The notes under the pieces were generated by a model, which made no database searches, was not told the origin of the DNA, and saw only the letters and a program-made list of their open reading frames with translations. Below, in pieces: positions 1-7,934 of a stretch of 64,000 bases of DNA. This DNA comes from Bacteroidota bacterium. GTDB lineage: Bacteria; Bacteroidota; Ignavibacteria; UBA10030; UBA8401. Position 1 is the first letter of the stretch, and each line of letters begins with the position of its first letter. The position numbers were made by a program, and so were the translations under genes. The DNA lies in contig DATJPT010000006.1 of assembly GCA_035506275.1 (NCBI GenBank), positions 13,019 through 77,018 on the forward strand, in the 5' to 3' direction.

Positions 1-940
1 GCTGCCGCTCCGTTTGAAGCTGCTGGTACTCGATCCTGTTTTCATACACCAACGGCTTTGTCGTGTCGGAATAGATCTCGCGCATCATTTGCGCCGTATC
101 GAACGTCACGTGAAAATTCTTCTCGGGCGGAAATCCCATGAGCTGTTTCAGCGCGGCATATTCCGGAACGACATTCTCAACCTCCTGCCTTAACTGCGCC
201 TTGGAGTTGTTGAGCGTGATGACGGCCTGCTGGTAATCCGTTTCATCGACGATCCCTCCTACAAATTGGCTGTGGGTATCGACAATCGTCCGCGCCAGGC
301 GAGCAGTATCTTCCTTCAGCACGTTGATCTCCTCGAGTGTCAGCAAGAGATTGTAGAATGATTTGCTGACGGTCGAGACAACGAAAATTTTCTCGCTGTC
401 GGTGACCTGTTCCGATTCTTTCGTCAGCAACGGCGCTGATGCAGCTGCATAGTACAGCTGAGGTTCGAAAATTGTCTGCGAAGCAGTGAGTTGCGGAATC
501 GCCGTATTGGCAACCCCCGTGTGTGTCGGGATCGGTGCCCCGCCGGGTACCGGATTCGGCACCAGTGTCGTCAGCAGCTGGGTATAGTGAACCATGCTCC
601 CCGCAAGGTCGAGCTGAGGAAGCCAGCCTGACAGGTTGATAGCGTTCGTCGCCTTCGTTATTGCCGTATTGACGATGGACTGATTCAGGCGCGGCTGATG
701 CTGCAATGCGTAACGAATGCACTGGTCGAGCGTGAATACCTGGGATGAATCAGTTCTGGCTTTGATTTGAGGATAGGAAGTGACCGGGAAGGTAACAATG
801 ACTGCGAATAAGAGAAACCACCCTGCGAGTCTGTCTTTCTTCTTTGGCTCTTTTATGACAGAAATTTCATTTGCCCATCGATAACTCTTATTTACACAAC
901 CCGGCCTCAGGTACGTTTTCTTCCCTGTTCTGAATTTCAC
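1..940 (-). CDS. TolC-family outer-membrane efflux protein, N-terminal part (gene runs off the left window edge)
   Basis: Absent from the ORF track because it is edge-truncated. My own minus-strand translation is stop-free from pos 1 to about 940. It reads ...KKKDRLAGWFLLFAVIVTFPVTSYPQIKARTDSSQVFTLDQCIRYALQHQPRLNQSIVNTAITKATNAINLSGWLPQLDLAG...LVYENRIEYQQLQTERQ, a signal peptide followed by a TolC/OprM-like N-terminal repeat. The start is uncertain: there is no in-frame ATG, a GTG lies at 938-940, and the hydrophobic signal segment starts near 850. Confidence 0.6.
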   Translation of the reverse strand, partial: MKFRTGKKTYLRPGCVNKSYRWANEISVIKEPKKKDRLAGWFLLFAVIVTFPVTSYPQIKARTDSSQVFTLDQCIRYALQHQPRLNQSIVNTAITKATNAINLSGWLPQLDLAGSMVHYTQLLTTLVPNPVPGGAPIPTHTGVANTAIPQLTASQTIFEPQLYYAAASAPLLTKESEQVTDSEKIFVVSTVSKSFYNLLLTLEEINVLKEDTARLARTIVDTHSQFVGGIVDETDYQQAVITLNNSKAQLRQEVENVVPEYAALKQLMGFPPEKNFHVTFDTAQMMREIYSDTTKPLVYENRIEYQQLQTERQ

Positions 941-1185
941 TAGTTCATTTCCATGCGATAGTTATACATTGCAAGAACATCTTAGACAATGCTTGTTCCA
1001 GAGCGGTTTAACCAGCCTACTCCATTGGCATTGCAGGTCCGCTCACAAAAGGAAAATACGCCGTCAAAAATTTCAACAGGTTCCTCTTTCTTGTTTCTTG
1101 ATTCAATTCAATATACTATATTTGCAGTGATTTTTCATCATCGCGAGGGGGAAACAGCACACACTTCCCATAAGGATACCCTACT

Positions 1186-3639
1186 ATGAAGACAATTCTA
1201 ATCAAGATCGCCTCATGCCTTATTGCGGCCGTTCTCTTCACCGGTCTTGCCTCATTCGTAATCTCCGGCACCGCGTGTGCGTCGGACACGCGAAGGGCCG
1301 ACGACTTCTCTAAAAACTGGAAATTTCATCTTGGCGATGTTGTCAACGGCCAAGCTATCCTCTTCGACGATGCGCAATGGCGTGCGCTTGATGTGCCGCA
1401 CGACTGGAGCATTGAGGGGGAGTTCAATAAAGACAATCCTGCTACCGTGGGAGGAGGGGCGCTCCCGGGGGGTATCGGGTGGTACCGTAAGTCTTTTTCA
1501 GTGCCGGCGGCAGACAAAGACAAGTTGGTTTTCATTGAGTTCGACGGCGTTTATCGGAACAGCGAGGTTTGGATCAACGGGCATTACCTCGGCAAACGGC
1601 CGTACGGATACATCACGTTTCAGTATGAGATGACTCCGTTCTTAAAATTCGGCGGCGAACACAACGTCGTTGCGGTGAAAGTGGATAATTCGCAGCAGCC
1701 GAATTCGCGCTGGTATTCCGGTTCCGGAATTTACAGGAATGTGAGGCTCGTGACCGTCGATCCGGTGCATGTGGACCATTGGGGGACATACGTGACGACG
1801 CCGGAGGTGACGCCCCGATCGGCAAAAGTTTCGATCAAGATTCGCACTCGGAACAGCTCGGAGCAAGATCAGGCGTTGACGGTCAGGACTGTCATCATTG
1901 ACGGGGATGGAAAGAAGGCCGGCGAAGCGGAATCGAAGACGACGAGCAGAAAGATGTCTGTTTCTGAAGTTTCCGAGGAACTCACCGTTGCCAATCCCGT
2001 CGTATGGACGCTCGACAGTCCGCGGATGTATACTGCAGTCACAACGATCGAATGCAACGGAAAAATCTGCGACGAATATGAAACGCCGTTCGGCATCCGG
2101 ACCTTCAACTTCGACGTTGACAAAGGGTTCTCGCTTAACGGAAAATCGATGAAGATCAACGGCGTCTGCGACCATCATGACCTGGGATGTCTCGGATCGG
2201 CGGTCAACAAACGAGCGCTCGAACGCCAGCTTGAGATCTTGAAAGGGATGGGATGCAACGCCATCAGGACGTCCCACAATCCCCCGGCGCCTGAGCTCCT
2301 CGATCTCTGCGACAGGATGGGATTCATCGTCATGGATGAAGCATTCGACATGTGGAAGGAAAAGAAGACGGAGTTCGATTATTCGCTGGATTGGGATACG
2401 TGGCATAAGCAGGACCTCACCGATATGATCCTCCGCGACCGCAACCATCCGAGCGTCTTCATCTGGAGCATCGGAAATGAAATTGTGGAGCAATGGGACA
2501 GGCAGGACAGCAGCGGGATAGCGATCGCGCGCGAACTCGGAGGGATCGTACGATCGCTCGACACGACCCGGCCTATCACTTCGGCGCTCAACAACCCTGT
2601 TCCTTCCAACCCGCTTTACCGCTCGGGGGCGCTCGATCTGGTCGGCAACAACTACAATATCGACAAGTACCCCGACTTTCCGAAAAATTTTCCGGGAAAG
2701 AAATTCATTGCCACCGAAACAGTCTCCGCGTTGGCAACGCGCGGCCATTATGACATGCCGTCCGACAGCATCAGACGATGGCCGACCAGGTGGGATGTTC
2801 CTTTCAACGGCGGAAACGTCGACAACACCTGTTCCGCGTACGACAACTGCAGCGCTCCCTGGGGCTCGACCCAGGAAGAGACGTGGAAGGTCATCAAAAA
2901 GTACGATTTCCTCTCCGGCCAGTTTATCTGGACGGGATTCGACTATATCGGAGAGCCGACGCCGTACGGGTGGCCGTCGCGCAGCTCATATTTCGGCATC
3001 ATCGACCTCGCTGGTTTTCCGAAAGACGTCTATTATATGTATCAGAGCGAATGGACGAACAAACCGATGCTCCATATTTTTCCGCATTGGAATTGGAAAA
3101 AGGGGGATACAGTCGACGTGTGGGCATACAGCAACTGCGATGAGGTCGAATTATTCCTGAACGGGAAGTCGCTCGGCGCGAAACGGAAAGCCGGCGACGA
3201 ACTCCATCTGGTATGGAGAGTACCCTTCGTGCCCGGGACGTTGAAAGCCGTAAGCCGCACCGGCGGAAAAGAGATGCTCACGCAGGAGATCAGGACCGCG
3301 GGTGCGCCTGCAATGGTCGTTTTGGAGGCCGATCACCGGATGATCGCCGCGGACGGCAAAGACCTTTCATTCATCACGGTGAAGATTGTCGACCAGGCAG
3401 GGGTGCTCGTCCCAAACGCGGACAACCTTGTTCATTTTACAGTCTCGGGGGAAGGGAGAATTGCCGGCGTTGACAACGGACTCGAGACAAGCCACGAATC
3501 CTTCAAGGCTCACGAGAGAAAAGCGTACAACGGCCTCTGCCTTGCGGTACTTCAGTCGACAGATAAAGCGGGGACCATTACTGTAAGAGCAACATCCGAC
3601 GGCCTTACGGAATCGTCGATCGCTATTGACTCGAAATAG
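1186..3639 (+). CDS. Glycoside hydrolase family 2 (beta-galactosidase-like), secreted
   Basis: 817 aa with an N-terminal signal peptide (MKTILIKIASCLIAAVLFTG...). GH2 sugar-binding, Ig-like and TIM-barrel layout with the acid/base motif NHPSVFIWSIGNE, plus WYSGSGIYR and IRTSHNPP blocks. A TAnnTTTG box (TATATTTG, 1117-1124) lies about 60 nt upstream. Confidence 0.9.
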   Translation: MKTILIKIASCLIAAVLFTGLASFVISGTACASDTRRADDFSKNWKFHLGDVVNGQAILFDDAQWRALDVPHDWSIEGEFNKDNPATVGGGALPGGIGWYRKSFSVPAADKDKLVFIEFDGVYRNSEVWINGHYLGKRPYGYITFQYEMTPFLKFGGEHNVVAVKVDNSQQPNSRWYSGSGIYRNVRLVTVDPVHVDHWGTYVTTPEVTPRSAKVSIKIRTRNSSEQDQALTVRTVIIDGDGKKAGEAESKTTSRKMSVSEVSEELTVANPVVWTLDSPRMYTAVTTIECNGKICDEYETPFGIRTFNFDVDKGFSLNGKSMKINGVCDHHDLGCLGSAVNKRALERQLEILKGMGCNAIRTSHNPPAPELLDLCDRMGFIVMDEAFDMWKEKKTEFDYSLDWDTWHKQDLTDMILRDRNHPSVFIWSIGNEIVEQWDRQDSSGIAIARELGGIVRSLDTTRPITSALNNPVPSNPLYRSGALDLVGNNYNIDKYPDFPKNFPGKKFIATETVSALATRGHYDMPSDSIRRWPTRWDVPFNGGNVDNTCSAYDNCSAPWGSTQEETWKVIKKYDFLSGQFIWTGFDYIGEPTPYGWPSRSSYFGIIDLAGFPKDVYYMYQSEWTNKPMLHIFPHWNWKKGDTVDVWAYSNCDEVELFLNGKSLGAKRKAGDELHLVWRVPFVPGTLKAVSRTGGKEMLTQEIRTAGAPAMVVLEADHRMIAADGKDLSFITVKIVDQAGVLVPNADNLVHFTVSGEGRIAGVDNGLETSHESFKAHERKAYNGLCLAVLQSTDKAGTITVRATSDGLTESSIAIDSK

Positions 3640-3677
3640 AAGATGGCAGTCTAGGACATTTGGGTCCTTCCCCACTA

Positions 3678-3709
3678 ACGATAAAGCCCCGACTGCGGGG
3701 CTTTATCGT
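3678..3709. terminator. Bidirectional rho-independent terminator between convergent GH2 and pepF genes
   Basis: Perfect 14-bp inverted repeat ACGATAAAGCCCCG (3678-3691) / CGGGGCTTTATCGT (3696-3709) with the 4-nt loop ACTG. It sits in the 88-bp gap between two convergent stop codons. Confidence 0.8.
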
Positions 3710-3727
3710 ACGCCTTCTATCATCCGA

Positions 3728-5614
3728 CTATTTTCCCATACGGGCAAGTATTTCTTCCATTTCGTCCATCACGCGATTCATCTTCTTCATTGTCAGCTGG
3801 AATGGAACCGAAGTGGTCATGTCCACCCCCGCATTTTTCAGCAGCTCTATCGGGTAAGCGGACCCGCCGGCGGAAAGAAAATCAAGATAGCGTTTGGTCT
3901 CCGCTTTATCTCCCGCCAGCACTTGCTCCGAAAGCGCGCATGACGCCGTGAATGCCGTGGCGTATTGATAGACGTAGAAGTTATAGTAAAAGTGCGGGAT
4001 ATAGCTCCACTCGGACTGAACTTCGTCGTCCACGATGCAGATGCCTTTGTCGTGCCCGTAATATTTTTTTGTGATCTCCATATAAACTTCGTTGAGCTTG
4101 TCGCCCGTCAGCGCCGTGCCGTGTTCTGCAAGGTCGTGAATGCGAAGCTCGAATTCTGCGAACTGCGTCTGCCGGAAGACCGTCCCCTTGATCCCCTCCA
4201 GGTACTTCCCAAGCAGCGACAGCTTCACCGTGTCGTTCTGAATTGTCTTCAACATATGATCGATGAGCAATGCTTCATTGAAGGTCGACGCCACTTCTGC
4301 CACGAAGATCGGATAGTCGGCCGTGGGATAGGGTTGTGTCTTGTTCGAAAAGTAGCTCTGCATCGTATGGCCGAGCTCATGGGCAAGCGTGCTCATGTCG
4401 TCGTACTTGCCGTTATAGTTGAGAAGCATGAACGGGTGGACGTCGTATGCCGAGCCGTTGGAGTATGCCCCGCTCCGCTTCCCGTCAGTCGGATACACGT
4501 CGATCCATCGTTCCGAAAATGCCTTCTTCGTCACCGAAAGATATTCATCGCCGAGTGGAGCGAGTGAAGCAAGGACGTTCTGTTTCGACTCATCGAGTGA
4601 ATACTTCAGCTCGACCCCCTTGAGCAGCGGGGCATACAGATCGTAGTAGTGAAGGGTATCGACACCGAGAATTCTCTTGCGCAGTTTCAGGTAGCGATGG
4701 AATGTCGCGAGGTTGGCGTTGACGTTGTCGACCAGGCTGTGATAAACCTGCACGGGAATATTATTGGCATCCAGCGCGCTTTCCAGGGATGAGCTATACC
4801 CGCGCGCTTTCATGTAGAACATGTCCTTGTTCACGTTCGCGGCGAGCTCGGCCCCGTACGTCGTCTGGAATTTTTTCATCGCCCCGAAAAAGGAGGCGAA
4901 GACTTTTTTACGGTCGTCACGGTTCGCCGAGGTTCTGTAAAGGCTGAACCCGGCCTGGTCGAGCTTCACCGTGGTGCCGTTGCTCAATACCAATTCCGGA
5001 TACGGAAAATCGGCGTTCGAAAAAACATTGAAAATGCTTTCGGGACCGTCGGCCATCAGTCCGGCATCGGCGATGATCTTTTCTTCCCCCTCGCTTCCCG
5101 TGTGCGCCTGACGCCGCAGAATATCGTCGAGATAGTGACGATAGACACCAAGCTTCTTTTCCTTCTTCATGAATCCCTCAACGGTCGCCCGGCTGATCTT
5201 GAGGATCTCAGGCTCGATGAACGCGGCAGCCGCTCCGATGGTCGAACCAACCTGGCTCATTTCCTGTTTCATCGCCAAGTATTTGGAATCCCGGGTATCC
5301 TGGTCCGAGCTCATCGAGGCATAGGAAGCAAGCCGCGAATATTCTTTCGTCAGCGTGCTTCCGAACTCCAAACACCCGAGCAGGCTCTCTGCGGACGAAC
5401 CGAGTGTCCCCTGAAATTTTTTTATCCCCGGGATTTCTTTTACAAGCTTCTCCTTGGCCGCTCTCCATGCGTCATCGGAAGGATAAATATCGGTGAGATT
5501 CCATTTATCCCGGTCCGGAATTTTAGCCCTGTCCCGTTCCTGAGCAACGGCTGCCTGGGATTCCGCCGCCAAAAAACCGAAAAGAGAAACAGCCACAATG
5601 GTCAAAGGATGCAT
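3728..5614 (-). CDS. pepF: Oligoendopeptidase F family (M3B) zinc metallopeptidase, secreted
   Basis: 628 aa with a signal peptide. Contains the HEXXH zinc motif in TLAHELGHTMQSYF and has typical M3B length and C-terminal blocks. Confidence 0.85.
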   Translation of the reverse strand: MHPLTIVAVSLFGFLAAESQAAVAQERDRAKIPDRDKWNLTDIYPSDDAWRAAKEKLVKEIPGIKKFQGTLGSSAESLLGCLEFGSTLTKEYSRLASYASMSSDQDTRDSKYLAMKQEMSQVGSTIGAAAAFIEPEILKISRATVEGFMKKEKKLGVYRHYLDDILRRQAHTGSEGEEKIIADAGLMADGPESIFNVFSNADFPYPELVLSNGTTVKLDQAGFSLYRTSANRDDRKKVFASFFGAMKKFQTTYGAELAANVNKDMFYMKARGYSSSLESALDANNIPVQVYHSLVDNVNANLATFHRYLKLRKRILGVDTLHYYDLYAPLLKGVELKYSLDESKQNVLASLAPLGDEYLSVTKKAFSERWIDVYPTDGKRSGAYSNGSAYDVHPFMLLNYNGKYDDMSTLAHELGHTMQSYFSNKTQPYPTADYPIFVAEVASTFNEALLIDHMLKTIQNDTVKLSLLGKYLEGIKGTVFRQTQFAEFELRIHDLAEHGTALTGDKLNEVYMEITKKYYGHDKGICIVDDEVQSEWSYIPHFYYNFYVYQYATAFTASCALSEQVLAGDKAETKRYLDFLSAGGSAYPIELLKNAGVDMTTSVPFQLTMKKMNRVMDEMEEILARMGK

Positions 5615-5776
5615 AGGAACGCCTTTCTTGAATTATTGAAAAAATATCCGGGGGTATAAAAACCTTTTACGGCAGCATTGACCGCAGGTTTCATTCTCAA
5701 TGAGAAATGTAACGAAGAGCTGTCATGTCTCGACCTAACGAACGAGAAATGAGGCTCTTGCGTTCAGCGTGTACAT

Positions 5777-5816
5777 AAAAAATGCGATGCATCACCGCGA
5801 TTCATCGCATTTTTTT
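5777..5816. terminator. Rho-independent terminator closing the pseudopilus operon (A/T-flanked, works on both strands)
   Basis: AAAAAATGCGATG ... CATCGCATTTTTT: 8-bp GC-containing core stem (5782-5789 / 5803-5810) extended by an A-run and a T-run. It lies 24 nt downstream of the 5840 stop on the minus strand. Confidence 0.7.
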
Positions 5817-5839
5817 GAAAAATCTCTAATTCCAAACTT

Positions 5840-6253
5840 TCAACTCAACCTTGAATATTCGGAGGCATCGGGCTGCTGGTAGACGCGCTGCAGGGTCCAC
5901 TTTACTCCGTTATATTGCAGAATCGCCACCATTGTCACCTGGAATCCGTTGTAGGTCCCCGTTGAGGTGATTCGCATCTGGGTCGCGCTTAGTCCAGCCG
6001 GCCGGTCCCCGACGTAGGAAGTGGTACCGCCGCTGACGCTTACCGTGCTCGAAGGAAAGTTGGCCGCAGAGTTGCCTCCCACATCGCCGATCGCAAATTT
6101 CACGCCAGCGTTTGAAATCTGCCGCGCCTGGTCATGAAATGACTGAGATTGGGCGACATTATAGAGGTTCTGGTCTGTCGATGTGAACAACAGCGCAAAG
6201 GCGCCAATCATGACATAAGCGCCGAGACCAATGATCACCTTTGATGTTCCCAT
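5840..6253 (-). CDS. PilX-like minor pseudopilin candidate (N-terminal TM helix, no canonical prepilin motif)
   Basis: 137 aa. N-terminus MGTSKVIIGLGAYVMIGAFALLFTS forms a single hydrophobic helix. It is followed by ...AQSQSFHDQARQISNAGVKFAIG, which resembles the PilX_N pattern (A..AEAG). It is the last gene of the GspF/GspE operon, and GAGGA lies upstream of the ATG. Confidence 0.55.
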   Translation of the reverse strand: MGTSKVIIGLGAYVMIGAFALLFTSTDQNLYNVAQSQSFHDQARQISNAGVKFAIGDVGGNSAANFPSSTVSVSGGTTSYVGDRPAGLSATQMRITSTGTYNGFQVTMVAILQYNGVKWTLQRVYQQPDASEYSRLS

Positions 6254-6416
6254 ACGTTCCTCGCTAAAGTGGCTTTCCGACGTGAATAAGCTTCTTGTGA
6301 ACCTAACAGCGGCTGTACAACTACATTCAAAATAATATCCCGGCCGGGAATTACAATACGGGAAGATACGTATATTGACAAATACGGTATCCAGAGGATA
6401 CCCGCTTCCTGGGATA

Positions 6417-7049
6417 TCAGAGGTTTTGCGGAAAAACAGTGCGCTCCCAGAATGCCCTTACGTATTTGGTCCCGAAATTGGCTGTCACCGTATCAGTGGA
6501 GACCTGTTTTGAATATAACCCGGACCCAGACGGAGCAGTCGTAATCTCATCCGCTACCTGCGCGTTCGACTCCATCACCAGGCTCACTTTGATCGACTTG
6601 ATCCCTGAAACATTCGTTCCGCTCAGACTGTTCCCGTAAACGTCGTAATACGTAAAGCAGAGCGAATCGACATCCCGTGCCAACTCATACGGCGCGCCGC
6701 CATTAATAGAGCTGACGACTCTATAAAGGCTACGATGGGACGAACCGGTATACGTCGGTCCTAAATAATAATGCACATTCTCAGCAACACTGTCGTTGTT
6801 GATGTCCGCTGAAAATTGCATCTCTTGAGACGCTGCTGTCGTAAACACCTTTGAAGTGGTCGGACCGTATCCCGCAAGCCGAATATCGTCCGTCAGCACC
6901 TCGGCAGGAATAACGGTCTTTTGTTTGACAGTATAAAGCGTATTCTTGTAGGTGTAGGCACTTTGCAAGCTGACACTCAGGTAGAGGGTCATAAGAACGA
7001 TGGCGCCGCGGATCACCATCGAACCGATTATATCCAGCATGACGCTCAT
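6417..7049 (-). CDS. Pseudopilin-like protein (PilW-like size and topology), non-canonical N-terminus
   Basis: 210 aa. N-terminus MSVMLDIIGSMVIRGAIVLMTLYLSVSL is a hydrophobic helix with an acidic residue at position 6. There is a 1-nt start/stop overlap with the upstream gene (TGATG at 7049). Confidence 0.5.
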   Translation of the reverse strand: MSVMLDIIGSMVIRGAIVLMTLYLSVSLQSAYTYKNTLYTVKQKTVIPAEVLTDDIRLAGYGPTTSKVFTTAASQEMQFSADINNDSVAENVHYYLGPTYTGSSHRSLYRVVSSINGGAPYELARDVDSLCFTYYDVYGNSLSGTNVSGIKSIKVSLVMESNAQVADEITTAPSGSGLYSKQVSTDTVTANFGTKYVRAFWERTVFPQNL

Positions 7050-7657
7050 CAGTAAGTCGCAATCGCGCTAAAAATAAGGGGCTTTGTCAGATAGATCGGA
7101 TGGGTGACACTAACGTCGATCTTCTTGTAATACGTTTGAGAACCTGACGTGACAATAGAAACAGTGCCATTCACCGTCACTTTATTTACATAATAAACAC
7201 TTACCGTCAATTGGTAGCCCGAAATGTCGGCAGAATTGGCGGTTCTGACATATCCTTTATAATCATCCACGTCGTCAAACCAGCTGGGGCTGTCTCCCCT
7301 CACCGACCGGTACGGAGCTACGTCAGGATTTCCCCCCGGCATCACGTTGTCTTCAGTTGCTGCCGAGGTACCCATATTTGCCGGCGCATCGAAAAGGGTG
7401 GGACGCGTCGGCCACGGCAAGTTGGAGCTATTATACGGCCCTGTAATATTCCCGGAGGCGTCAGTTGTTACCTTTGAATCGAACTTCTTTGTCAGGATTT
7501 CACCGATCAGGGCGTTGGCGAAATTCGATGCCTGCTCAACCGCTTCTTCCTGAAGATAGTATTTCGTATTCTCGAGGATCATTGTATTGGCACTCAGCAC
7601 TGCAAAGGTCAGCAGTACGAAGAACGCCGCCGATATCATGGTCTGCCCCAGGCTCAT
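7049..7657 (-). CDS. Pseudopilin-like protein, non-canonical N-terminus
   Basis: 202 aa. N-terminus MSLGQTMISAAFFVLLTFAVLSANTMILEN has a Gly followed by a hydrophobic helix, as in prepilins, but no Glu at +5. An ATGA overlap links it to the upstream small ORF. Confidence 0.5.
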   Translation of the reverse strand: MSLGQTMISAAFFVLLTFAVLSANTMILENTKYYLQEEAVEQASNFANALIGEILTKKFDSKVTTDASGNITGPYNSSNLPWPTRPTLFDAPANMGTSAATEDNVMPGGNPDVAPYRSVRGDSPSWFDDVDDYKGYVRTANSADISGYQLTVSVYYVNKVTVNGTVSIVTSGSQTYYKKIDVSVTHPIYLTKPLIFSAIATY

Positions 7658-7905
7658 ACCATAGCCTTTTCAAAAGAAGAGCCGGAAAACACTATCTCGT
7701 AATGTAATAATATAGCGCAGCCGTCAAAATATGCAGTGAGATTTGTCACAGAAAGCTGGGACTGTCTCGGCGTCCGTGAAACCATTTCATCCAGAGTTTG
7801 ATACGTGGTGATTTGATCTCCCCTCTTCTCCGCCACAAGGCGCCCCCGGCACAGGAAGCGCTTGAACACAAAGATCCATCGCTGGGGATTGTTGCAGCTG
7901 GGCAC
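7654..7905 (-). CDS. Hypothetical 83-aa protein inside the pseudopilus operon (no TM segment)
   Basis: It is the only ORF filling the 277-bp gap between the ATPase and the first pseudopilin. Its stop overlaps the next start (ATGA), and I saw no recognisable motifs. Coding status is uncertain. Confidence 0.3.
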   Translation of the reverse strand: MPSCNNPQRWIFVFKRFLCRGRLVAEKRGDQITTYQTLDEMVSRTPRQSQLSVTNLTAYFDGCAILLHYEIVFSGSSFEKAMV

Positions 7906-7934
7906 AGCCTTGCCGTCAAAAACACGAAAGACTT

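Noticed and set aside
243-722. 159-aa minus-strand ORF from the track
   Set aside because: It lies in a different frame inside the TolC-like gene that I translated by hand. Its Arg/Gly/Cys-rich composition has no motifs, so it is a shadow ORF.
989-1189. 66-aa plus-strand ORF just upstream of the GH2 gene
   Set aside because: It overlaps the probable GH2 promoter and leader, has no motif or membrane signal, and ends across the GH2 start. It is most likely non-coding.
1642-2748. 368-aa ORF antisense to the GH2 gene
   Set aside because: It lies completely inside a gene with strong family motifs. It is Arg-rich and low in complexity, typical of antisense frames in GC-rich coding DNA.
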